A DNA stretch of 53,648 bases from NCBI GenBank assembly GCA_019429325.1, contig JAHYJA010000003.1, forward strand, positions 1 through 53,648. The letters run 5' to 3'. This document shows positions 1 through 8,982 of this stretch, piece by piece. The notes under the pieces were generated by a model. The model had not been told where the DNA came from and did no database searches. It was given only the letters and a program-made list of their open reading frames with translations. This DNA comes from Bacteroidales bacterium. GTDB lineage: Bacteria; Bacteroidota; Bacteroidia; Bacteroidales; VadinHA17. Numbering within the stretch: the first letter of the stretch is position 1; each line of letters starts with the position of its first letter. The position numbers were made by a program, and so were the translations under genes.

Positions 1-1
1 G

Positions 2-517
2 GCAATGTCTGAACTGCTCGACGTTTTACCTGTCAGTCACCCCGCACGTGAAGAGATCCTCGCTCTTTTCCGCGATCATGCCAGGGGACTGGCTTCTTAC
101 CAGGGAGCCCAGGGTTTCTGGCATCAGCTTATTGACCGGCCTGATTCATATTATGAGACCTCGGCTACTGCGATATTCACCTACTGCATATCGCACGGGA
201 TCAACAAGGGCTGGCTTGATGTGAAGGCTTACGGTCCAATGGCAATACTGGGATGGAATGCAGTACAGACTAAAGTAAATGAGATGGGGCAGGTTGAGGG
301 AACATGCGTCGGGACAGGCATGGCCTTCGATCCGGCATTCTATTACAACCGTCCGGTTAATGTTGCCGCGGCTCATGGCTACGGTCCGGTTATCATGGCA
401 GGAGCTGAGGTAATCAGACTTATGAGGAATTACCAGATTATCATTAACGATTCCGCAGTAATGTTTTATCCCCCGGGGCACGACTGGAAAAAGAATACAT
501 ATTCCCCTGCACCATAA
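2..517 (+). CDS. GH105/GH88 unsaturated rhamnogalacturonyl hydrolase, C-terminal part (5' end outside window)
   Basis: Frame open from the window edge; motifs GFWHQLIDRPDSYYETSATA, VEGTCVGTG and HGYGP are typical of YteR-like GH105. Confidence 0.85.
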   Translation, partial: AMSELLDVLPVSHPAREEILALFRDHARGLASYQGAQGFWHQLIDRPDSYYETSATAIFTYCISHGINKGWLDVKAYGPMAILGWNAVQTKVNEMGQVEGTCVGTGMAFDPAFYYNRPVNVAAAHGYGPVIMAGAEVIRLMRNYQIIINDSAVMFYPPGHDWKKNTYSPAP

Positions 518-568
518 AGATGTACACCCACCGACCCCACAAAGCTTCCGGGGCAAAAAATCACAGCT

Positions 569-3406
569 ATGATTAAAAGACTTCTGTTTTTCGCCGTTTT
601 CTTCACCCAGGTCCTGCACGCTCAGCAGCTTACATGGCCTGAGGTTACCCGCGATTGCAGACCCTGGACACGCTGGTGGTGGCCGGGCAATATTGTCAAT
701 CCTTCAGATATTACACACAACCTGGAGATTTACAAAAACGCGGGTCTTGGGGGTGTAGAGATCACACCCATTTACGGGGTGAAGGGACAGGAAGAGAAGT
801 TCATCGATTTCCTTTCGCCGGAATGGATGAAGATGTTCACTCACACCCTTGAAGAGAGCGAGCGGCTCGATATGGGGGTTGACCTTGCCAATGCCTCGGG
901 ATGGCCATTCGGAGGTCCATGGGTCGGCCCGGAAGATGCCTGCAGGAACATCAATTATAAAACGTATTCCCTGACAGCAGGGAGTAAGCTTGATGAGAGG
1001 ATCGTATTTATCCAGCAACCTCTTGTCAGACCAGTTGGAGTAAGGCCGGATATCTCAAAGCTGATTGATCCGATCAGCAGGAATAAAAATCTTCAGCTCT
1101 ACGCACTCGATCAGATACGATTTGAGAAACCTGTTCCTTTACAGGCACTCATTGCCTATTCAGATGGAGGCGGGTTTGCTGACCTGACCGGCAGGGTCAC
1201 TCCTGCCGGTGAGCTTGACTGGACCGCACCTCCCGGGAAATGGACCCTGTGGGCTCTTTTCCAGGGATGGCACGGCAAGATGGTAGAAAGGGCCGGTCCG
1301 GGCGGAGAAGGTGACGTGATTGATCATTTCTCCGGTCAGGCAATCGATAATTACCTGAATCATTTTGATAAGTCACTCCTGGGTTACGACCTGAGTACCC
1401 TCAGGAGCTGGTTTAACGACTCGTATGAGGTTGATGATGCCTCGGGCCAGGCAGACTGGACAAATGATCTGTTCTATGAGTTCTATATCAGGAGAGGCTA
1501 TGACCTTGGAGAACACCTGCCGGCATTGTTTCAGAAAGATTATCCGGAAAAGAACGCAAGGATACTCTCGGATTACCGGCAGACTGTTTCTGATCTGTTG
1601 CTTGAAAAGTTCACTTCTCACTGGAGCAGGTGGGCAAACAGGCAGGGCAAGCTGACACGCAATCAGGCACACGGTTCTCCGGGTAACATCCTCGACCTTT
1701 ACGCGGCATCGGATATTCCTGAAGCCGAAGGAAATGAAATAACAAGGTTCAAATTCGCCTCTTCCGCATCGAATGTTGTCGGAAAACAATATACTTCATG
1801 CGAGGCGGCAACCTGGCTGAATGAACACTTCATATCAACCCTTTCGGATGTCAGAAAGAGTGCTGATCTCTTTTTCCTGGGAGGGATCAACCACCTCTTC
1901 TACCACGGTACCTGTTATTCGCCACCGGACGAACCCTGGCCCGGATTCCTGTTCTATGCCGCCGTGGAGTTCACACCTGCCAACCCGTTCTGGAATGACT
2001 TCCACACCCTTAATGAGTATATTACACGAGTTCAGTCTTTTCTTCAGCGAGGGAGGCCCGACAATGAAATACTGCTTTATTTCCCCATTTTTGACAAATA
2101 CGCTGATTACGGAAGAGAAATGCTTGAGCATTTCGACGGAATCAGTCCGTTTTACGATGGAACAGCTTTTAAAACTGCTGCCTTAACCATGCTCGAAAAA
2201 GGATATGCCTTTGACTTTATTTCTGACCTCCAGATAACAAACACCGAAGCTGAGAACGGCCTGCTTTTTACAGAAGGGAACACTTACAAAACACTCATTA
2301 TTCCGGAATGTAAATATATTCCCGTCGAAACATTCGCGCATATCCTGAAACTGGCGAGCGACGGAGCTACAATTATATTTTACGGTGATCTCCCTGCAAG
2401 TGTTGCGGGATTTGGCCTCCTTGATGAGAAGAGCAGGGCATTTGAACGCATGAAAGCCTCTGTAAATCTCAATGCTGCAAATAATGCAGATGCATCGGGA
2501 ATAACCTTTGGAAAAGGCAGATTATTAAACGGCAGTAATCTCGAAGGAGTGCTTTCTCTGGCAGGCATAAAGCGGGAATCAATGGCAGACTATGATTTAG
2601 GGTTTGTGAGAAGGGAGTCCAGTACCGGCTTTACATGGTTCATAGTCAATAAAGGAGACAAACAATTCGAAGGCTGGCTCCCCCTGAACAAAAACGTCCG
2701 GTCTGCAGGGATCTTCAATCCGATGACCGGGAATTGCGGAACAGCAGATATCAGGGACGCCGGAAAAGAATCCGCCGAAATATTTATGAGCCTGGCTCAG
2801 GGAGAATCGGTAATAATCGAATCATATCATAATCCTCCTAAAGGTAACCGGTACCCGTTTTTTGTTGCCCTCTCCCCTCCTATTGAAGTCAAAGGCAACT
2901 GGAAGGTTGATTTCAATACAGGCGGACCGGTACTTCCGCCTTCAGTTGAGGTTGCGGAACTAAAATCATGGACAGAGTTCGGGGAAGATGAATACAGGGA
3001 TTACTCGGGAAGCGCCGGATACTTAATCAATTTTACAAGGCCAAAGACCAGGGCAGATACCTGGATGCTTGATATGGGTGATGTAAAAGAGAGTGCAACG
3101 GTAACCCTGAACGGTATGAAGATTGCCTCACTTATTGGTCCGTATTTCCGCTTGATCATTAACAAAAAGCAATTAAAGAAAAACAATACTCTTGAAATTG
3201 TGGTGTCAAACCTCATGGCCAACCGTATAGCATTTATGGACCGTAATAATTTAGAGTGGAAGAAGTTCTATAACATCAATATGGCTGCGAGGTTAAAGCA
3301 GAACAGTAAAAACGGACTGTTTGATGCTTCAGCCTGGGAGCCGATGGAGTCGGGGCTGCTGGGGCCGGTGACTTTGACACCGGTTGTGGAGAGAGGTGAG
3401 AGGTGA
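569..3406 (+). CDS. GH106-family alpha-L-rhamnosidase-like glycoside hydrolase, secreted
   Basis: 945 aa; signal peptide; RPWTRWWWPG, GLGGVEITPIYG, GWPFGGPW, FNDSYEV and C-terminal SGLLGPV. Confidence 0.85.
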   Translation: MIKRLLFFAVFFTQVLHAQQLTWPEVTRDCRPWTRWWWPGNIVNPSDITHNLEIYKNAGLGGVEITPIYGVKGQEEKFIDFLSPEWMKMFTHTLEESERLDMGVDLANASGWPFGGPWVGPEDACRNINYKTYSLTAGSKLDERIVFIQQPLVRPVGVRPDISKLIDPISRNKNLQLYALDQIRFEKPVPLQALIAYSDGGGFADLTGRVTPAGELDWTAPPGKWTLWALFQGWHGKMVERAGPGGEGDVIDHFSGQAIDNYLNHFDKSLLGYDLSTLRSWFNDSYEVDDASGQADWTNDLFYEFYIRRGYDLGEHLPALFQKDYPEKNARILSDYRQTVSDLLLEKFTSHWSRWANRQGKLTRNQAHGSPGNILDLYAASDIPEAEGNEITRFKFASSASNVVGKQYTSCEAATWLNEHFISTLSDVRKSADLFFLGGINHLFYHGTCYSPPDEPWPGFLFYAAVEFTPANPFWNDFHTLNEYITRVQSFLQRGRPDNEILLYFPIFDKYADYGREMLEHFDGISPFYDGTAFKTAALTMLEKGYAFDFISDLQITNTEAENGLLFTEGNTYKTLIIPECKYIPVETFAHILKLASDGATIIFYGDLPASVAGFGLLDEKSRAFERMKASVNLNAANNADASGITFGKGRLLNGSNLEGVLSLAGIKRESMADYDLGFVRRESSTGFTWFIVNKGDKQFEGWLPLNKNVRSAGIFNPMTGNCGTADIRDAGKESAEIFMSLAQGESVIIESYHNPPKGNRYPFFVALSPPIEVKGNWKVDFNTGGPVLPPSVEVAELKSWTEFGEDEYRDYSGSAGYLINFTRPKTRADTWMLDMGDVKESATVTLNGMKIASLIGPYFRLIINKKQLKKNNTLEIVVSNLMANRIAFMDRNNLEWKKFYNINMAARLKQNSKNGLFDASAWEPMESGLLGPVTLTPVVERGER

Positions 3407-3502
3407 GAGGTGAGAGGTGAGCGGGGAGCGCAAAGCGGGGGGCGCAGGGCTCCAGCCTACGCTAAAGCTTCGGCTGGCAAGCAGGGCGCAGAGCACAGGG
3501 CA
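3391..3502 (+). repeat. Composite short tandem repeat tract: (GAGAGGT)x4, degenerate AGGGCGC/AGAGCAC heptamers and a nested 26-bp hairpin
   Basis: GAGAGGT at 3391, 3398, 3405 and 3412; hairpin ccagcc-tacgctaaagcttc-ggctgg at 3452-3477. Confidence 0.9.
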
Positions 3503-3564
3503 AAAACAATGAGTGAACACTTGAATATCCTTGATTAACAATAGACTCAGTAACAATAATTAAA

Positions 3565-4731
3565 ATGAAACAGAACGGTATTACGCGAAGAATTTTTATA
3601 AGAAATTCTGCTGTTGCTACAGCCGGGCTGGTTCTTGCCGGATGCCCCGCTGCATCTGCAACTGCCAGCGGAAACGGCAACAAGCTTCCCCGCTGGAAAG
3701 GTTTCAACCTTCTTGACTTCTTCTCCCCCAATCCTCCGCGGAGTCCGGGAGGAGGCAACAGGACAACCGAAGATGACCTGAAATGGATGGCTGACTGGGG
3801 ATTCGACTTCGTCAGGTTACCAATGGCCTATCCACGTTATCTCAGTTTCGACCGTACAAGGGATATAACAAAAGAGGAGGTTTACAGCTTTGATGAGAAG
3901 GTCCTGGAAGAGGTTGATAACCTCATTTTGATGGCTCATAAATACAAGCTCCACGTGAGCCTCAATCTTCACCGCGGACCGGGATATTGCATCAATGCCG
4001 GCTTCCATGAACCTTATAACCTCTGGAAAGACAAGGAAGCACAGGATGCTTTCAATGCTCACTGGACAATGTGGGCTGAACGTTACAAATCAATTTCTTC
4101 CGACAAGCTCAGCTTTGACCTTCTGAACGAGCCTGCATACATTGAAGATATGAACGATCAGTACGCAAAGAAAGGTCCTGTACCCGGCGACATTTACAGG
4201 AAGGTTGCCGAAGGCGCCTCGGATGCAATTTGGGCAGTCAATAAGGAAAGACTCATCGTTGCAGATGGCAACGGAGGAGGTAACAGCGTTATCCCGGAGA
4301 TTGAAGACCTGGGTCTTGCACAGAGCTGTCGCGGATATCACCCGGGACTGGTCTCTCACTTCCAGGCTTCATGGGTTTGGAAAGATCCCTCACAGGCTCC
4401 CGTACCGGTATGGCCGGGAATTATCGACGACAAATATTATGGAAGGGAATCGCTTGAGGAATTCTATAAGCCATGGATTGAGCTGAAAGAGAGAGGTGTT
4501 GGCGTTCATTGCGGTGAGTGCGGGTGCTACAATAAAACGCCCCATAACGTTTTCCTTGCCTGGTTTGGCGATGTGATAGATATCCTCACAAATGCAGGAA
4601 TAGGTTATGCTCTCTGGAATTTCAGGGGCGATTTCGGTATCCTCGACTCACGTCGCACAGATATCGAATACACCGACTGGTATGGCCATAAGCTCGACAG
4701 CAAACTGCTGGAACTATTGAGAAGATACTAA
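3565..4731 (+). CDS. GH5 (cellulase-family) glycoside hydrolase with Tat signal
   Basis: TRRIFIRN twin-arginine leader; WGFDFVRLP, LNLH, acid/base LLNEP, nucleophile GECG, WNFRG. Confidence 0.85.
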   Translation: MKQNGITRRIFIRNSAVATAGLVLAGCPAASATASGNGNKLPRWKGFNLLDFFSPNPPRSPGGGNRTTEDDLKWMADWGFDFVRLPMAYPRYLSFDRTRDITKEEVYSFDEKVLEEVDNLILMAHKYKLHVSLNLHRGPGYCINAGFHEPYNLWKDKEAQDAFNAHWTMWAERYKSISSDKLSFDLLNEPAYIEDMNDQYAKKGPVPGDIYRKVAEGASDAIWAVNKERLIVADGNGGGNSVIPEIEDLGLAQSCRGYHPGLVSHFQASWVWKDPSQAPVPVWPGIIDDKYYGRESLEEFYKPWIELKERGVGVHCGECGCYNKTPHNVFLAWFGDVIDILTNAGIGYALWNFRGDFGILDSRRTDIEYTDWYGHKLDSKLLELLRRY

Positions 4732-4757
4732 ATGGTATGGAGGCTCAGGGCAAGACT

Positions 4758-4868
4758 GTCTTGCAGGTCATGCAAGTCGTGCAAGTCATGCAAGTCGTGC
4801 AAAATTCCGATTACCGATTACTGATTACTGACTACCAGCTCTTCCCGTCTTCGGTCTTCGGTCTTCTT
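4758..4868. repeat. Composite tandem repeat tract between convergent genes: (GTCnTGCAR)x5, GATTACY-type heptamer x4, GTCTTCG-type heptamer x~3
   Basis: Nonamers at 4758-4802; gattacc gattact gattact gactacc at 4809-4836; cttcccgtcttcggtcttcggtcttc at 4840-4866. Confidence 0.9.
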
Positions 4869-4889
4869 CAAGATAGTGGCAGGGTGTGA

Positions 4890-6746
4890 CTATTTGATCT
4901 TATATACTTCAGAGCCGGCAAGCAGGAAACAACCCAGACCAAAATCCTCGAAATTGGGGACATTATCATATCCAACCGGCTGGCTGTCTTTGGGCTCCTT
5001 GCCTGTGCCCTGAACATAACCAAGAAAGCCGTTCGGATGCACACAGTCGTTTACCAGGCCGTTCCATGCTTTAATAACAACAGGCATGTATTTCTTCTTA
5101 TTCAGCAAGCCATTATTGATCCCCCATGCCATGCCGTAAGTGAACAGTGCCGTTCCGGTAAGCTCTTTACCTCCGAAGTGATCCGGATCGTGAAGGCTCA
5201 CGTTCCAGAAGCCGTCGAATCTCTGGCAGGCAACCAGCGCTTCTGCCATCTCCCTGAAGGTGGTCAGGAATTCGTTCCTGTGCGGACTGTTCTCCGGCAA
5301 AAAATCCAGAGTCCTGACAAATGACGCAAACACCCATCCGTTTCCCCGTGACCAGTAGCAGTTCTTGCCATTGGGTTCCTTGTATGGGGGAACAAAATCC
5401 CTGTCACGCCACCAGAGGTGCTCATCCGGGTTATACAGTCCGTTAGTTCCGTGCCTGGTTTTTGTGAACATGTACATCTCATGCATCCGGTCAAAGTATT
5501 TGTCATCGCTGTAGATTGTTCCAAGCCTGGCAAAAACCGGCATCGCCATGTGAAGGAGATCTATCCAGCTCCAGTCATCAATCTTGCCGGTGGCCATCAT
5601 ATTGTCGATGCAAGCCTTGATATCCCTTATCCTTTCTTCCTTTGAAGGATCCATAAGGTAAAGGTCGATGTAGGTCTGGCCGCAGCACTGATCATCGCCG
5701 TTGCGGGTGGTTATGCCGTTGCGCAGTCCCCACTTGTGATACTCCCCCCACCGTACTGCATAGTCGAGATACGAGGGGTCAGGTTTAAGCCCGTAGAGAG
5801 CCATTAATCCTTCATAATATGTACCGCGGGTCCAGATATTGCTTGGCCGCTCACGCTCGGTGATAATTGTTTTTCCGACGTCAGGCCATTTATCCATAAA
5901 ATATTTGTTCGCCAGAATCATGGCCGTTACAGTTTTTTCCTTCGAAACCAGTTGTGAAGGAAAACGGTTACGGGCATTTCTCAACAGCAGATCTGTGAGG
6001 TTAACGGCTGCCTGCCTGTTCTGGAAGCTCTCCGGAAGCAGATCGTGATCAATATACTCGTTATAAATCCATGGATCACCAACAGCAAAAACATACCCAT
6101 TTCCATATTTTGCCTCGGCCATCAGCACTTTACCGTCCCTGGAGAGAACCGCCCTGGCAGGCCCCGAAATTGCAATATCTGATATCTCCTTCATATATAT
6201 TTTTGAAACTCCTGCAAAAAGAGGATGTTCCGGAAGGTTTGTAATGGCTCCCATCTCCCATTCCCTGCCTGTAACCGGATTAAGGGTAACATGATTAAAC
6301 CTCATGCCGAATTTCGCCATAAGCTTATTGAGATTTGTGAATTCGCAATTGGGGGCATCATTGGCAAGAACCGCGAGTACTCCTCCTTTTTTAACCCATC
6401 CGGCAATTGCCCTGATATCATCGGGCCCTATATAATTAGGTGAATTTGATTCGGTTGTGGTATCAGGATCAACTATTATGTAAACATCCAGGTTCTTCAA
6501 CACTGAAGCATATGGTTTTTCAATGGTTTCAATCGCTGAGCCCCGCGAAGTGAATATCTCACCCCACCTGGAATAACCGCTCCATTCGGTATCGGTCCAT
6601 AAATAATGGAATGCCTGACCGGTTTTAGCATGTGTTTCGCGGTTGAACCAGTTATCGAGCCCGACAACAGGCTGTGACAGCAGATTCTGTATATTAAGCA
6701 GGAAAACAACTGACAACAACGTGAACCTGTAACAACATTTCTTCAT
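4890..6746 (-). CDS. DUF4350-like (GATase-like fold) domain fused to a GH105/GH88 glycoside hydrolase
   Basis: Signal peptide; N-half VGLDNWFNRE..YIIVDPDT..AVGDPWIYNEY; C-half RPSNIWTRGTYYEG, WSWID, YWSRGNGWV, GYVQGTG. Confidence 0.8.
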   Translation of the reverse strand: MKKCCYRFTLLSVVFLLNIQNLLSQPVVGLDNWFNRETHAKTGQAFHYLWTDTEWSGYSRWGEIFTSRGSAIETIEKPYASVLKNLDVYIIVDPDTTTESNSPNYIGPDDIRAIAGWVKKGGVLAVLANDAPNCEFTNLNKLMAKFGMRFNHVTLNPVTGREWEMGAITNLPEHPLFAGVSKIYMKEISDIAISGPARAVLSRDGKVLMAEAKYGNGYVFAVGDPWIYNEYIDHDLLPESFQNRQAAVNLTDLLLRNARNRFPSQLVSKEKTVTAMILANKYFMDKWPDVGKTIITERERPSNIWTRGTYYEGLMALYGLKPDPSYLDYAVRWGEYHKWGLRNGITTRNGDDQCCGQTYIDLYLMDPSKEERIRDIKACIDNMMATGKIDDWSWIDLLHMAMPVFARLGTIYSDDKYFDRMHEMYMFTKTRHGTNGLYNPDEHLWWRDRDFVPPYKEPNGKNCYWSRGNGWVFASFVRTLDFLPENSPHRNEFLTTFREMAEALVACQRFDGFWNVSLHDPDHFGGKELTGTALFTYGMAWGINNGLLNKKKYMPVVIKAWNGLVNDCVHPNGFLGYVQGTGKEPKDSQPVGYDNVPNFEDFGLGCFLLAGSEVYKIK

Positions 6747-6959
6747 TTTGGGATTTTTATAATATTATTAAACCAAAAATAGGAAACATTACTGATGTAT
6801 CAAATTTTCCGTCCGAATTCAGTACCTTATCACCGGATGAAACCTTCATGTTACAAAAACACAAAACAGCATGAAAATAATTTTCAATCATGAAGGTTCC
6901 ACACGAATCACTTAATTTACAACAATATACTAACATTATTTTCATGTGAAATGATTAAT

Positions 6960-6967
6960 TATCTTTG
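6960..6967 (+). promoter_or_regulatory. Bacteroidota sigma-A -7 element (TATCTTTG)
   Basis: Matches TAnnTTTG in an AT-rich intergenic region upstream of the GH43 remnant and DUF1080 genes. Confidence 0.5.
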
Positions 6968-7013
6968 CAATGATAACACCACTTTTCCGCTTTGCAGGAT
7001 AAGGGAAGGACTT

Positions 7014-7245
7014 TGCGGGATCTCCCCCGGAGGAAGGGAAAATGAATGTAAGTTGTGAAATATGTTAATGAGCCCCCTCTCCCGCTGTGCGGGATCTCCC
7101 CCGGAGGAAGGGAAAATGAATGTAAGTTGTGAAATATGTTAATGAGCCCCCTCTCCCGCTGTGCGGGATCTCCCCCGGAGGGGGAGAAAATACTGGAAAG
7201 AATTAGTCTTATTTTCCCCCTGCCAGGGGGAAAAAGAAAGGGGGT
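7014..7245. repeat. 74-bp tandem repeat (2 full copies plus a partial third) built from REP-like GC hairpins
   Basis: Identical units start at 7014, 7088 and 7162; hairpins tcccgc-tgt-gcggga, tctccccc-gga-gggggaga and ttttccccct-gcc-agggggaaaa (7212-7234). Confidence 0.9.
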
Positions 7246-7276
7246 GTTTAATTTAGTACCATAAATAATTAAAACC

Positions 7277-7585
7277 ATGATAAACAGTTACTTCAAAACA
7301 ACCCTGACCATACTCTTCCTTCTTTCAACAACGGAATTCTACAGCCAGGAAATAGTCAATAATTCTATCAGACCCGGCGAGGTATGGCCCGACACCGATG
7401 GAAATCACATTAATGCGCATGGTGGTGGTATAGTGTTTCATGATGGTGTTTACTACTGGTTTGGTGAAGCAAGGCTTCCGGTGGAATGGGAGACAGGGAG
7501 CAGGGCGACGAAGTTCCGCAAGAGCGGAAAAGGGAGCCCGGTGATCAGATGGCATCCCGAATGGAACCCTCATACATACAGGTAA
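7277..7585 (+). pseudogene. GH43 (subfamily 24-like) remnant: N- and C-termini joined after an internal deletion
   Basis: Signal peptide and PGEVWPDTDGNHINAHGGG..YYWFGE (GH43 N-terminus), then directly LPVEWE..PVIRWHPEW (resembles the GH43 C-terminus); only 102 aa. Confidence 0.75.
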
Positions 7586-7632
7586 AAACTATTTAAGTAA
7601 TTTGTACCATTATATAACCTTATCAGAAACAC

Positions 7633-8982
7633 ATGAAAAACCCGGTCTTCATTTTCGCATTTTCTGTCATGCTCATCCTCAACGAATGCAGCAGTGAGAA
7701 GCAGTGGCAATATCTCGTAAAGGATGATCTCAGCCACTGGGAACAACTAAACGGTACAGCTCCCTTTGAACTGATCGATGGGGTGGTTGTCGGTACGACG
7801 GTACTTGCTTCGCCCAACTCCTTTCTATGCACCAAAGAGAATTACGGAGATTTTATCCTGGAATTTGACACATGGTTCGATCCTCAGATGAACTCGGGAG
7901 TACAGATAAGAAGCGAAAGCAGGGCTGATTATCAGAATGGCCGCGTGCACGGTTATCAGGTTGAGATGGATCCTTCCGAACGAGCCTGGTCGGGGGGTAT
8001 CTATGATGAAGCCAGAAGAGGCTGGCTCTATACCCTCGACAATAATCCGGAAGGCAAAAAAGCCCTCAGGGTCGGAGAGTGGAATTACTACAGGGTTGAA
8101 GCCATCGGCAACTCAATAAGAACCTGGATCAACGGGATCCCTTGCGCCGACCTGATTGACGATCTGACCCCGTCGGGGTTCATCGCCCTTCAGGTACATG
8201 GGATCGGAAGAGACTCAACCAGGGTTGGTTTGCAGGTAAAGTGGAAGAATATCAGGATAATAACTGAGAAACTGGAGAAATATACCACTCCATACCAGCC
8301 TGTGATACCTCAATATAGTTTTCTCAATAATGAGCTTACAGAAAGAGAAAAGAAAGAGGGCTGGAAGCTGTTATTTGACGGATCAACACCTTTCGGGTGG
8401 AAGAGTGCAGCCACAGGGGTTTTCCCGGCAGTTGGATGGGAAATAAAAGATGGGACACTGACATTCAATCCTGCTACAAAAGGAAAAGGTGGCGGGGACA
8501 TTGTCACAGTCGATAAATTCAGAAATTTTGAACTTGTTGTCGATTTCAACTACTCCACGGGTGCAAACAGCGGAATAAAATATTTTGTCGATACCGAATC
8601 GGATGGAGGTTCACGGGCATCTATAGGCTGTGAATATCAAATACTTGACGACCGGCTCAATCCTGATGCCCAGGCAGGTATAGCCGGCAACAGGACACTG
8701 GCCGGATTGTATGACCTCATTGCCCCCGGGAATAAAAGGGACAACGGACCAAACCAGTGGAACAGGGCTATAATTATAGTAAACGGACCCAAAGTCCAGC
8801 ACTGGCTGAACGGCCAGCTGACTGTGGAATACGAAAGGGGCACTCCCGGGTGGAGGGAGCTTGTTGCAGGCAGTAAATTCAAAAACTTCCCGGGATTCGG
8901 AGAAGCTGAAGAGGGAAGAATACTTCTGCAGGATCATGGAAACCTTGTATCGTTCAAGAACATAAAGATAAGGGAGATGTAG
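7633..8982 (+). CDS. Tandem DUF1080 (3-keto-disaccharide hydrolase family) protein
   Basis: Two repeats carrying NSGVQIRS/NSGIKYF, GYQVE/EYQILD, WN and G-IALQVH/GRILLQDHG motifs; N-terminal signal. Confidence 0.85.
   Translation: MKNPVFIFAFSVMLILNECSSEKQWQYLVKDDLSHWEQLNGTAPFELIDGVVVGTTVLASPNSFLCTKENYGDFILEFDTWFDPQMNSGVQIRSESRADYQNGRVHGYQVEMDPSERAWSGGIYDEARRGWLYTLDNNPEGKKALRVGEWNYYRVEAIGNSIRTWINGIPCADLIDDLTPSGFIALQVHGIGRDSTRVGLQVKWKNIRIITEKLEKYTTPYQPVIPQYSFLNNELTEREKKEGWKLLFDGSTPFGWKSAATGVFPAVGWEIKDGTLTFNPATKGKGGGDIVTVDKFRNFELVVDFNYSTGANSGIKYFVDTESDGGSRASIGCEYQILDDRLNPDAQAGIAGNRTLAGLYDLIAPGNKRDNGPNQWNRAIIIVNGPKVQHWLNGQLTVEYERGTPGWRELVAGSKFKNFPGFGEAEEGRILLQDHGNLVSFKNIKIREM

Noticed and set aside
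7014-7180. Possible CRISPR array (hairpin repeats, 74-bp period)
   Set aside because: The would-be spacers are identical, there are fewer than three full units, and no cas genes are present
6955-7278. 107-aa minus-strand ORF
   Set aside because: Translation of the 74-bp repeat in shifting frames; no protein features
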